A stretch of 63,478 nt of DNA, the filler included, from an uncultured Chlamydiae bacterium (GTDB lineage: Bacteria > Chlamydiota > Chlamydiia > Chlamydiales > SM23-39): the NCBI GenBank assembly GCA_937899275.1. It is 10 parts of 10 records of this genome, joined end to end, with 100 filler letters (N's around TTAATTAATTAA, not from the genome) between each part and the next. Parts side by side here need not be neighbours in the genome. Positions count along the whole stretch, not along the records: positions 29,768 to 33,038 come from CALBPE010000103.1; positions 33,139 to 46,529 come from CALBPE010000106.1; 8 more parts are not named here. One strand, written 5' to 3'. Below are positions 29,768-40,680 of the stretch, piece by piece. How positions within the stretch are numbered: position 1 is the stretch's first letter; each line of letters begins with the position of its first letter. The notes under the pieces were generated by a model, which was not told the DNA's origin, did no database searches, and saw only the letters and a program-made list of their open reading frames with translations. A program made the translations under genes and the position numbers.

Positions 29768-32426
29768 ACAGTTAGCTTCTTGCTATCAGTCTACATGGCA
29801 AGATGATTTAGAAAGCATTTTCATAATGATTTCTGACGATGCAATGCTTTCGAAGTGGGCAGGCGGCCTTGGCAATGACTGGACCCCTGTACGCGCTACT
29901 GGCTCTACTATCCATGGCACCAACGGAAAATCCCAAGGAGTGATCCCTTTTCTTAAAGTAGCTAATGACACAGCTGTTGCTGTCAATCAGTGCTTTGCAC
30001 CAGAAACAGGCATTTATACTCCTGAAGGCGTCACCTCCATTGATCAGATCCAAAAAGGAGATCTTGTTCTTGGGATCAGCGGAAGATACCAAGAAGTTCT
30101 TGCAACGTACCGCTATCCCCAAAATGATCCTATGTATGCACTGACCATGGCAAATGGAGAAAGTGTACAAGTAACAACAGCACGCCCTCTCTATGCAAAA
30201 AGAGGAAAAGCCGCTTCTTGGATCCCTGTAAAAGATTTAAAAGAAGGGGATCTCATTGCGCAAGTTGTGCCGCAAGAAGTAGTAGTCAATCCGCACCTTT
30301 CTTTAGAAGATGCAAAAGCGTACGGCGCTTTTCTAAAAGATGGTTTCATCACAGAAAATGGACTTTTTTGGGCGTTTGATCAAAAAAACCACTTTCTACA
30401 ACAGTACTTCACTGAAAAAGGCTACGTTTTAGAAGAGGCAAACGGCGTATATCTCATCCAGTTGTCGGGAGAAAAAACAGGCTCTATGGCAGAAAGCAGC
30501 TCTTTTGCCCCCTTTCCTTTCCAATACGCTGATATCTATGGAAAAGATAAAACTAAACGCATTGCTCCTGCTTTTGCGCATCTTCCCCATGCACATACAA
30601 AAGCGCTTGTCGAGGGTCTGATGGATGAAAAATCTTCTTTTTCCCATGAAGATCTCTCATTAACGTATGGCGTGCAGTACCAGCATCTGCGTTTAAAAAC
30701 CGCCACAAAAAGAAAGGGAAATACCTTATATGTCGATCCTTCTCTAGGTGTTGTAGAAGAAGATATCGTCTTTACCTCCATCTCATCTATTGAAAAAACG
30801 CCTTCTTGCCGTGTGGTATTTGATTTATCTGTCGATCAAGATGTCTCTTATATGACCACATCTGGCCTTGCACATAACGGTGGAAAAAGAAAAGGTGCGA
30901 TGTGCGCCTATCTAGAAACTTGGCACCTTGATATTGAGGATTTTTTAGAGCTTCGTAAAAACACCGGCGATGAAAGAAGACGCACCCATGATATGAACAC
31001 GGCCAACTGGATACCTGATCTTTTCATGAAGCGGGTACAAAACAAAGAGATGTGGACCCTATTTTCCCCATCCGATACTCCTGACCTACACGATCTTTAC
31101 GGAAAAGCGTTTGCAAAACGCTATGAGGAATATGAAAAAATGATTGAAGAGGGAAAAATCACCCTCTACAAGAAAATTGAAGCAGAAACTCTCTGGAAGA
31201 AAATGTTGAGCATGTTATTTGAAACAGGCCATCCGTGGATCACATTTAAAGATCCTTCTAATATCAGATCGCCTCAAGACCATGTAGGTGTTGTCCACTC
31301 TTCTAATCTTTGTACAGAGATCCTTCTAAATACCAGCGCAAGTGAAGTGGCCGTATGTAACCTTGGATCGATCAATTTAAAAGAGCACATCACCAATGGT
31401 GAGCTCAACAAAAAGCAGGTAAAAGAAACAATCGAAGTTGCCGTACGCATGCTAGATAATGTGATCGACATCAACTTTTACCCAATCATTGAGGCAAAAA
31501 ATGCCAACATAAGACACCGCCCGATAGGCCTGGGCCTGATGGCGTTTCAAGATGCGCTCTATTTAAAAAATCTATCTTATGCGTCAAAAGAAGCAGAAGA
31601 ATTTGCCGATGAAAGTATGGAGCTCATTGCATATAACGCCTATCTCGCGTCTAGTAACCTTGCAAAAGAAAAAGGCGCTTATTCCAGCTACAAAGGATCG
31701 AAGTGGGATAGAGGCCTTATGCCATTAGACACCATCGATCTTTTAGAAAAAGAGCGTGAAGAAACCATCGATGTAGACCGCTCTTCTACACTCGATTGGG
31801 ATGCGCTGCGAAAAACCATCCAAAAACAAGGGATGAGAAATAGTAACGTCCTTGCTATTGCGCCAACTGCAACTATTGCCAATATCGCAGGAGTCACTCC
31901 TTCTATCGAGCCGATGTATAAGCATTTATTTGTGAAATCAAACCTTTCGGGAGAATTCACAACAACAAACCCCTATCTTGTCCAAGAGCTGAAAAAACGG
32001 GATTTGTGGGATGAGGAAATGATTGATGATCTCAAGTATTTTGACGGCTCCATACAGGAAATCGAGCGCATCCCCTCTGATGTAAAATACCTTTTTCTCA
32101 CCGCTTTTGAAATCGGTTATCAGCCGATCATCACCTGCGCTGCAAGAAGGCAAAAGTGGATCGATATGGGACAGTCGTTAAACCTCTATTTAGCAGAGCC
32201 TGATGGAAAAAAACTCATGGATATGTATTTCAGATCCTGGCGTGAGGGATTAAAAACGAACTACTATCTGCGTACGTTAGCCGCAACGCAAATTGAAAAA
32301 TCTTCAATCGATGTGAATAAAAGAGGCCTGCAGCCGAGATGGATGAAAAACCGCTCTGCTTCAGGAAATATTCAAGTACAACGCACAAGCTGTAGCCTAG
32401 AAGAAGGCTGTGAAAGCTGTCAATAA
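29768..32426 (+). CDS. nrdA: Class I ribonucleotide reductase alpha subunit (5' partial), intein-containing
   Basis: [34 protein letters not shown]-terminal GCESCQ. Confidence 0.96.
29991..30878 (+). mobile_element. Intein/Hint insertion (296 aa) with degenerate LAGLIDADG region; +1 residue Gly
   Basis: Splits the conserved VNQ|GGKRKGA. Block A CFAPETGI, block [11 protein letters not shown], block F VFDLSV, block G SGLAHN. Confidence 0.9.
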
Positions 32427-32441
32427 TTAAGGTAGGTTATT

Positions 32442-33038
32442 ATGAAAAAACAAAAACGCGTCGATATTTCGAAAAAACGACTCATTAACGCAGAGTCGGT
32501 TGATGTAAATCAGCTCATGCCCCTGAAGTATAAATGGGCTTTAGAGCACTATTATAATGGCTGCGCCAACCATTGGATGCCTACTGAGGTATCGATGAGT
32601 AAGGATATTGAGCTGTGGAAATCAAACCTACTTTCTGAAGATGAGCGTCTTGTCATCAAAAGAAACCTCGGTTTTTTTGCTACAGCAGAAAGCCTGGTAG
32701 GCAATAACATCGTCCTTGCGATTTTCCGCCATATCACCAATCCTGAAGCAAGGCAATACTTGCTAAGGCAAGCTTTTGAAGAAGCGATCCATACCCATAC
32801 GTTTTTATACATTGTAGAATCCCTCAACTTAGACCAAGGGGAAATCTTCAATATGTACAACGAAATCAATTCTATTCACAATAAAGATGCTTTTGAAATG
32901 GAGCTCACTAAAGAGCTAATGGATCCTAACTTCTCCACCAACAGTTTAGAGGGAACACAAACCTTTTTGAAAAACCTCATCGGTTTTTACATCATTATGG
33001 AAGGGATTTTCTTCTATAGCGGCTTTGTGATGATCCTC
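32442..33038 (+). CDS. nrdB: Class I ribonucleotide reductase beta subunit (3' partial)
   Basis: [31 protein letters not shown]. Confidence 0.95.
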
Positions 33039-33138
33039 NNNNNNNNNNNNNNNNNNNNNNNNNNNNNNNNNNNNNNNNNNNNTTAATTAATTAANNNNNN
33101 NNNNNNNNNNNNNNNNNNNNNNNNNNNNNNNNNNNNNN
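33039..33138. other. Artificial contig-joining linker
   Basis: N-TTAATTAATTAA-N spacer. Confidence 0.98.
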
Positions 33139-33148
33139 GATAGAACTT

Positions 33149-34474
33149 ATGCGTCCAGCTCCGCATCAAACGACAATTGCAGATGAAAAAGAGGTGGCCA
33201 AGCAGTACCGGTATTGGCGGTTTCGTACGTTTTACGCAATGTATTTTGGCTACGTTTTTTACTACTTCTCGAGAAAAAGCTTTACCTGCATTATGCCAGC
33301 CTTGATCGATCAAGGCTTTGATATGCTTTCTTTAGGGATGATCGGAAGCTGCCTTTCGATTATGTATGGGATCAGTAAGTTTTTAAGTGGGATTATAGGT
33401 GATAAATCCAATCCTCGGTACTTTATGGCGTTAGGGCTGATTTTGACCGGATGCTGCAATATTTTCTTTGGTCTTTCTTCTTCTGTGCTGTTTTTTGCCG
33501 TTTTTTGGGGGTTGAATGGCTGGTTTCAAGGATGGGGGTGGCCAGGCTGCGCTAAGCTTTTAACGCACTGGTATTCTCAAAAAGAGCGGGGCAGATGGTG
33601 GAGCTTTTGGAATACATCGCATAATTTAGGCGGCGCTTTGATCCCATTTATTATTGGGTTTTTAGCAAGGTACATGGACTGGCGCTACTGTATGATGGCT
33701 CCAGGAATTGTGTGTATTTTAGGAGGCCTTTTTCTCATGAATAGGCTAAGAGATACTCCTCAGTCTTTAGGCCTTCCCCCCATTGAAGCGTTTCACCAAG
33801 AAGAAAAAGCGGCGTCATCTAAGGAAACATCTGAACTATCTGTCAATGCGATTTTATTTCGATTTGTACTCAGAAATCCTTATGTATGGCTTCTTGCGAT
33901 CTCCAATTTTTTTGTATATATTATTCGAACAGCTGTAAACGATTGGAGTTTTCTTTTTTATTATCAACACTCTCAGAGTAATCCCTATTTTTTTGCTAGC
34001 GTATGCGCAGCTTCTTTTGAAATAGGTGGGCTTTTTGGTTCACTTGCGGCTGGATTTTTGTCTGATAAGCTGTTTTTAGGGAAAAGAAATCCGGTAAATG
34101 TCCTCTACTTATTAGGCGTGTTTTTTGTCACCACGATGATGTGGCGCTTTTCCCATGTGTCTCCTATCTTAAATGCATTTTCCATGTTTTCTGTAGGCTT
34201 TTTTATCTTTGGACCCCAAATGCTTATCGGCATGGCAGCAGCGGAGCTTTCTCATAAACAAGCGGCCGCTACTGCTAGCGGCTTTACCGGGTGTTTAGGC
34301 TACTTAGGCGCTGCGTGTGCGGGGCTTCCTTTAGGTCAGGTAATCACCCTTTGGGGATGGCCAGGCTATTTTTCTGTGCTTGCCTCTTCTTCTATTTTGG
34401 CTAGCTGCATTTTATTGCCACTTTGGCATCGAAAAAAACATTTAGATCAAGATGCGTTAGATGCTCTTGCATAA
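33149..34474 (+). CDS. uhpC: Hexose-phosphate MFS transporter UhpC (start possibly cut)
   Basis: YYFSRKSF, WGLNGWFQGWGWP, ERGRWWSFWNTSHNLGG, FGPQMLIG. Confidence 0.92.
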   Translation: MRPAPHQTTIADEKEVAKQYRYWRFRTFYAMYFGYVFYYFSRKSFTCIMPALIDQGFDMLSLGMIGSCLSIMYGISKFLSGIIGDKSNPRYFMALGLILTGCCNIFFGLSSSVLFFAVFWGLNGWFQGWGWPGCAKLLTHWYSQKERGRWWSFWNTSHNLGGALIPFIIGFLARYMDWRYCMMAPGIVCILGGLFLMNRLRDTPQSLGLPPIEAFHQEEKAASSKETSELSVNAILFRFVLRNPYVWLLAISNFFVYIIRTAVNDWSFLFYYQHSQSNPYFFASVCAASFEIGGLFGSLAAGFLSDKLFLGKRNPVNVLYLLGVFFVTTMMWRFSHVSPILNAFSMFSVGFFIFGPQMLIGMAAAELSHKQAAATASGFTGCLGYLGAACAGLPLGQVITLWGWPGYFSVLASSSILASCILLPLWHRKKHLDQDALDALA

Positions 34475-34503
34475 TAAATGAAAAACCCCCATCTTTTTTA
34501 CGT

Positions 34504-37500
34504 ATGACTTGGATCCCACTGCATGTACATTCACAATACTCGATTTTAGACTCTACTTGTTCGATTGAAGGCCTTGTGGCTAAAGCTAAAGAATGCTCTT
34601 TGCCTGCACTTGCCTTAACCGATCATGGCAATTTATTTGCCGCGGTAGAGTTTTATAAAGCGTGTAAAAAGGCAGGTATCAAGCCGATTATCGGCTCAGA
34701 GCTTTGGATGGCTCCTTTTTCCCGTTTGGATAAAAAACGGGTGGCGGGATTTGCTGCAGGATATCCCCTAGTTCTATTAGCGAAAAATGAGGCGGGCTAT
34801 AAAAACCTTTGCAAGCTTTCTTCTATCGGTTATGTAGAGGGGTTTTATTACTATCCTAGAATTGATAAAGAAACGTTAGAGCAGCATAAAGAAGGGCTCA
34901 TTTGTCTTTCTGGCTCTACAAATGGATGGATATCTTCTTTAATCATGCAGGGAAAAAATGAGCTTTTACAAGAAGAGATCGATTGGTATCAAAGCATTTT
35001 TGGCGGCGACTACTATTTTGAGATTGTCCGGCATAAAATGAGCGATGAAGCCATCCAAAAAAGTGAGATGGAAACATGGGCGGTCCAGTCGCTAAAAGAG
35101 CATGTGCGAAAACAAGAAAAAGTCATCGACACCCTGAAAGAGCTATCAAAGGCAAAGGGGATCTCTCTTGTCGCTGCAAACGATACCCATTACATAGAAA
35201 GAGAAGATGCAAAAGCGCATGAAGTATTGATTAATGTGCAGTCGGGCGAGCCTTGCCTTATCTGGGAAAGAGACAGTGAAGGCAATCCTACTGCAAAAAT
35301 CCCCAATCCAAAAAGAAAAACGTATCCTAGTGAAGAGTATTATTTTAAAACTCCGGAAGAAATGAAGGCGCTTTTTTCAGATATTCCAGAGGCGATAGAA
35401 AACACCCAGAAAATTGCAGATCAGTGCCATGTGGATTTCGATTTTACGAAAAAACATTATCCCGTCTATATCCCACCTGGCTTAGAGGAGGAAGAGCTTT
35501 CAGCAGAAGATAGGGAAAAAAAAGCGGGAGAGTATCTATACACTTTATCGAAAGAGGCGATCGCTTCTAGATATACAGATGAGATGTTAGCTAGAGTGGA
35601 GAAAAACTACCCTGGCGAAGATCCCCTAGAAATCGTGCAAAAAAGGCTAGACTATGAATTTTCTCTTATCTCTTCAAAAGGCCTTTGCGATTACCTACTG
35701 ATTGTATACGACTTTATCGATTGGGCGAAAAAACGCTCGATTCCTGTAGGTCCTGGCAGAGGATCTGCAGCGGGATCAATCATCGCTTACCTGATCGGTA
35801 TTACCGATATCGAACCTCTTTCTTTTCATTTATTCTTCGAGCGTTTTATCAACCCAGAGCGGATGTCTTATCCCGATATCGATGTCGATATTTGTATGGA
35901 TCGTAGGCAAGAAGTCATCGACTATATGATTGAAAAGTATGGGAAAAATAAAGTAGCCCAGATCATTACCTTTGGTACCATGAAAGCAAAAATGGCGATT
36001 AAAGACGTCGGAAGAGTACTCAGCGTTCCTTTAGCAAAAGTTGCCTCCATTGCAAAACTTGTTCCAGATGAGCTCAATATCACGCTAGACCGCGCTCTTG
36101 CAATCGATCCAGATCTAAAGAATGTATATGAAACAGATGCAGAGGCAAAAAGTGTGATTGATATGGCCCGAAAAATTGAGGGCTCTATCCGCAATACTAG
36201 CACGCACGCAGCAGGGTTAATTGTATCTGCGCATCCCATTACGGAGCATATTCCGATATGTACAGCAAAAGATACCGATATGTTAGTAACCCAGTTTGCG
36301 ATGAAGCCTGCCGAACAAGTGGGCCTATTGAAAATCGATTTTCTCGGGTTAAAAACACTGACTTCGATTCAAAAAACCGTGGATTTTATCAAGAAAAATA
36401 CAGGTAAAGAAATCGACTGGTCTTCTTTACCTTTGGATGATCAGCCAACATTTGATTTGTTGACTCAAGGAAAAACGTTAGGGGTATTTCAATTAGAATC
36501 TTCTGGCATGCAAGACCTAACAAGAAATTTGAAAATTGATCAGTTTGAAGAAATCATTGCGGTAGGCGCTTTATACCGCCCTGGCCCGATGGATATGATC
36601 CCTTCTTTTATCAACCGAAAGCATAAAAAAGAAGTGATAGAAATCGAACATCCTCTCATGAAAGAGATCTTAGAAGAAACCTACGGTGTGATGGTCTACC
36701 AAGAACAGGTGATGCAAATCGCTAGCTTACTTGCGGGGTATTCTTTAGGAGAAGGGGACGTGCTTCGAAGGGCTATGGGTAAAAAAGACCGCAAAGAAAT
36801 GGCGAAGCAAAGGGAGAAATTTTTATCGGGAGCTATCGCGAAAGGGGTACAAGAGCAGGTAGCAAAGGAGATCTTCGATAAAATTGAAAAATTTGCCTCT
36901 TATGGATTCAATAAATCCCATGCAGCGGCGTACGCCTACTTAAGTTATGCAACGGCGTATTTTAAAGCCAATTATCCAGAAGAGTGGATGGCTGCTTTAA
37001 TGACGTCGGATAAAGATGATCTATCTAAAGTTGCAAAATTTATTGCAGAGGCAAAAAGCATGGGAATTTCCATGCTTGCTCCCGATGTGAATACGCCAGG
37101 AGAAGAATTTGTTCCCGATAAAGAGGGGATACGCTTTGCCATGAGCGGGATCAAAGGCGTTGGACAAGGGGTGGTCAAAGCGATTATCCAAGAAAGGGAT
37201 AAGGGGCCTTTTTCTTCCCTATATGATTTTATTAAAAGAATCGATAAGGCTGTTGTAGGGAAAAAAGCCATTGAGATTTTAACGCTTGCAGGAGCTTTTG
37301 ATTTCACCAGATGGTCTAGAGATGCTCTTCGTCAAAGCGTGGAACAAATCTATGAAGAAACGCAAAAACAAGCGAAAGAAGAGAAGTTAGGAGTCCAAAA
37401 TTTATTTTCCCTGATAGAAGAAAAAAATCCCTATTTAGATCCCCCTGATGTACAGCAGCCCACAAGTATGTTAGATAGACTCCAAACGGAAAAAGAGCTT

Positions 37501-38162
37501 ATCGGCTTTTATCTTAGCGGCCATCCTATTACAGAGTATCATTCGGCTATTCAAAAAGCAGGAGGGCAGTCGATCATAGTTGTCAAAAAAAAGGGGTGAT
37601 CATCACGGCATTTGTTGTAGATAAAGTGCAGTTCAAAATCACAGCAAAACAGCAAAAAAAGTTTGCACTTTTACAGGTGAGCGACCAACATGACAGTTAT
37701 GAGTTTCCCATTTGGCCCGATCTTGTAGAATCCAAAGGCGAGATCATTCAAGAACATGCTCTTCTTTTTGCCGTATTGGATGTGGAAAAAGAGGGAGATG
37801 GCTATAAAATTTCTTGTAGGCATCTAAGCGATGATCTCGATAAAGAAGCATTTCTTAAATCGCAAAAATGGTGGAAACAAAAGCCCAGTGGCAAAAAACA
37901 GGAAAAAAAAGAGGCGATTATGAGGCTTTGTCTTGCAATTGATATAGAAAAAGTCCGTTTTACTCATCTTGTATCGATCAAACAATTGTTTGATAAAAAC
38001 CCAGGGGGAGCTGCGGTTAAACTGGCGTTTATGCAAGGGAAACAAGAAGTATCTTCGATTTTGATTGATCGGCAAAAAGGGATAGATCCCGAAGCTTCTT
38101 TAGGAGCGTATTTACGAGAAATTTCCTCCGTTCTCTCATTGAAAATGGAAGCTGATGGGTAA
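34504..38162 (+). CDS. dnaE: DNA polymerase III alpha subunit, split by a -1 frame change at about 37587-37599
   Basis: HVHSQYSILD PHP domain, GPGRGSAAGS, PDIDVD, FNKSH. The 37596-38162 ORF encodes the OB-fold/C-terminal domain. Confidence 0.95.
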
Positions 38163-38218
38163 AACCGTCAGGAGAAAACCTCTAGGAGAAAACCCCTTAG
38201 TTTAGGTATAATTTAGGT

Positions 38219-39112
38219 ATGTTGAAATGTAGTTTATTGGCTTTTTTTGCCGCATCTTCTTGCCTTTTCGCTGCGGATCCTTCCTTTGCAGAAGAAGAGT
38301 TAAAAAAAGTTGTAGCTGACGTCGAAAATAACGACTGGTATTCTGCGCAAAATCGTTCTTTAGCCTTGATTCAATCTCAGGAAAATACCTCGCCTGTGCA
38401 TGAGGCCTACTACTACTTAGGTATATCGTACTACCACATACGAGATTTTGAGTTTGCAAACGACTACTTAACAAAATATCTAGAAACAGCCAGCGCAGCC
38501 TCCCATTTTGAAGACGCTCTTCTATATAAATTTGCAGTAGCAGAAGAGTTTCGTTTAGGGCAAAAAAAGCGGATTTTTAAATGGCAAAAAGCGCCTAATT
38601 TCTTATCGGCTATGGAAGATGCATTAGAAATCTACGATCAAATTATCGCTACCCTTCCCTTTAGTGAACTTGCTGCCAGCTCTTTTTACGGCAAAGCAAA
38701 AGTCCACACCTACTTTGAGGAATATAAAGAAGCGATTCGTGCATACCACACTTTAACGCAAAAATTTTCTAAACATGAGCTTGCCATTGAAGGCTACGTT
38801 GAGATGGCAAAGATCTATTTAGCGCAGTGCGTCCAAGAACATCTCGATCCCGATGTATTAGAAAATGCAGAAACTAACTCTCGAAAATTTGCCGCTGCTT
38901 TTCCTGGAGAAGAAAGAATTTGTGAAGTGAACGCTCTTCTTGGAAAAGTAAAAGAAGCCTTTGCAAAAAATCTATACGAAACGGGGCGATTTTACGAAAG
39001 GACCTATAAGCCTTCTGCAGCAGCGATTTATTACCGCAAGGCTTTGATGAAATTTCCTAAAACTGAGTCGGCAAAAAAGTGCAAAAGCCGTTTAGCATCT
39101 ATCCAGTCTTAA
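38219..39112 (+). CDS. bamD: Outer membrane protein assembly factor BamD-like TPR protein
   Basis: Signal peptide, TPR-like helices, LYETGRFYER...AAAIYY; chlamydial dnaE-rsbW synteny. Confidence 0.7.
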   Translation: MLKCSLLAFFAASSCLFAADPSFAEEELKKVVADVENNDWYSAQNRSLALIQSQENTSPVHEAYYYLGISYYHIRDFEFANDYLTKYLETASAASHFEDALLYKFAVAEEFRLGQKKRIFKWQKAPNFLSAMEDALEIYDQIIATLPFSELAASSFYGKAKVHTYFEEYKEAIRAYHTLTQKFSKHELAIEGYVEMAKIYLAQCVQEHLDPDVLENAETNSRKFAAAFPGEERICEVNALLGKVKEAFAKNLYETGRFYERTYKPSAAAIYYRKALMKFPKTESAKKCKSRLASIQS

Positions 39113-39681
39113 TTCCTCTTTATTTTCTTACGCTGATTTCTTGTTCTTATAACTGGGATATTCCAGAGGATCCTATTTGCCTATCGATACCACTAATCGA
39201 AAAAGATACAAAAGGAGCTTTTACAAAGGCTCTTGTACAAAAGGTAAGCGCATCGCCCTACTTTTGCTATGCGTTTCAAAAAGCGCCCCTTCGCTTAAAG
39301 GTGAATCTAGTAGAAGAAAGAACGGAAAAAATTGGCTTTCAAAGAGAAAAAGAGCGCTCATCTAATCGAGCTATTCGCCTTCTTCGGCCAGTAGAAAATC
39401 GCGATACACTCCTTGTTGAAGTATCTTTAGTCTCCGCATCTGACAAAACCGTTTGGGGCCCTTTCTTATTACAAGAGTCGGTAGACTACGACTACGCAGA
39501 TGGAGATGCAGTAAATGACCTTGCTTTTACAGATCAAACAGGTCAAAGGCAGACCACCCTGCAGTTTTCTTTAGGGCAACTTGAGGGGTTATTTCCCGCA
39601 AAAAGAGCGGCAAAAAAGAGGCTCTATCAAAAAATGGCGCAAAAAATCGTAGAAACGCTATCGTTGGATTATGCGCCCTAA
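39079..39681 (+). CDS. LptE-like lipoprotein
   Basis: LISC lipobox, FSLGQLE motif, position between bamD and rsbW. Confidence 0.55.
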   Translation: MQKPFSIYPVLIPLYFLTLISCSYNWDIPEDPICLSIPLIEKDTKGAFTKALVQKVSASPYFCYAFQKAPLRLKVNLVEERTEKIGFQREKERSSNRAIRLLRPVENRDTLLVEVSLVSASDKTVWGPFLLQESVDYDYADGDAVNDLAFTDQTGQRQTTLQFSLGQLEGLFPAKRAAKKRLYQKMAQKIVETLSLDYAP

Positions 39682-40099
39682 TCCAGGAACTACTACCTAC
39701 CAGAAGACCTTTCAAAGGGATAAAAGCGCCTTGATGCCTCTTTTGTCCTGGATCAAACAGATCCTTACGCAGGCAGGATTTACAAAAAAAGCGATCTACC
39801 ATGTAGAAATTGCAGCTGAAGAAGTCGCTACAAATATCATGTTTCATGGGAAAAACTGCTCTGTTATTGAGGTGCTAATCACGGTATCTATAGAAAAAAT
39901 GGTGTTAACTTTTCAAGATGAAGGGCCCGCTTTTGATTCTGAGCGCCATAGAAAAACTCTCGACCCTTCTCTATCTATTGATCAGATGGAGGTAGGGGGC
40001 TTAGGGATTTTGCTCATGCAAAAACTAGTAGATGATCTTTCTTATACTAGGGATAAAGGGCGCAATATTCTTTCTCTTACAAAAAAAAATAGCGCTTAG
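39671..40099 (+). CDS. rsbW: Anti-sigma factor kinase RsbW
   Basis: EEVATNIMFHG, DEGPAFD, GGLGILL. Confidence 0.9.
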   Translation: MRPNPGTTTYQKTFQRDKSALMPLLSWIKQILTQAGFTKKAIYHVEIAAEEVATNIMFHGKNCSVIEVLITVSIEKMVLTFQDEGPAFDSERHRKTLDPSLSIDQMEVGGLGILLMQKLVDDLSYTRDKGRNILSLTKKNSA

Positions 40100-40521
40100 C
40101 TCTGGTTTTTTTCAATCGATAGTAAAGTAGCCTCTGTTTCTAACATATCGATCAAAAAGTGTTGTAAGACCTTAAGTACGTATTTTGGGGTGTTGTACAC
40201 TCCCGATGTGGAAAATACCACTTCTAAAGTGGGCTTTTCTTCGTGATTTAAAGCGATTAATACATAAGTGATAGGGGTGTCTTCCTCCATTTTGGGGACA
40301 ATCCAAATCACAAATTGTTCGTTGAAAAGAGTCACTTTTTCTAGGCTTTCGATCACGTGGAAATATTGGGTCAAATCTTCTGCGGTATTTTGTAAAGACT
40401 CTAAGATGCCCAGTTCATGGAGCATCGGTAGATCTACCTGCAAAATCCCGTCGTGGGCCCACTTGCTGAGATTATGGAAATACTCTTGGTAAAACTCTTC
40501 TAATTGGATAGGATTCAGCAT
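40096..40521 (-). CDS. Conserved chlamydial hypothetical protein
   Basis: 141 aa with FHVIESLEKVTLFNEQFVIWIVP; lies between rsbW and dacC as in chlamydiae. Confidence 0.8.
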   Translation of the reverse strand: MLNPIQLEEFYQEYFHNLSKWAHDGILQVDLPMLHELGILESLQNTAEDLTQYFHVIESLEKVTLFNEQFVIWIVPKMEEDTPITYVLIALNHEEKPTLEVVFSTSGVYNTPKYVLKVLQHFLIDMLETEATLLSIEKNQS

Positions 40522-40624
40522 GGGAAGCCTCCTTTTTTCCCCCTATCCTCATCTTACTGAACTAAAACGGAGTCTGTCAAGTTTGGAAAACATTTTTTTT
40601 ACTAAAAATCTTAGATCTAGGTCT

Positions 40625-40653
40625 TTGCATTTAACTCTTTTTTTTCTTAAGCT
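40625..40653 (+). promoter_or_regulatory. Candidate sigma66 promoter for dacC
   Basis: TTGCAT-17nt-TAAGCT, 27 nt upstream of ATG 40681. Confidence 0.5.
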
Positions 40654-40680
40654 AAAAAGCTGTTACAAGGGATAACGACT

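Noticed and set aside
33083..33313. ORF spanning an N-linker, and the many short antisense ORFs in the track
   Set aside because: They cross artificial sequence or shadow well-supported genes on the other strand.
38160..38197. Short direct repeat AGGAGAAAACC x2 between dnaE and bamD
   Set aside because: Only two full 11-nt copies, with no CRISPR-like spacers or other support for a function.
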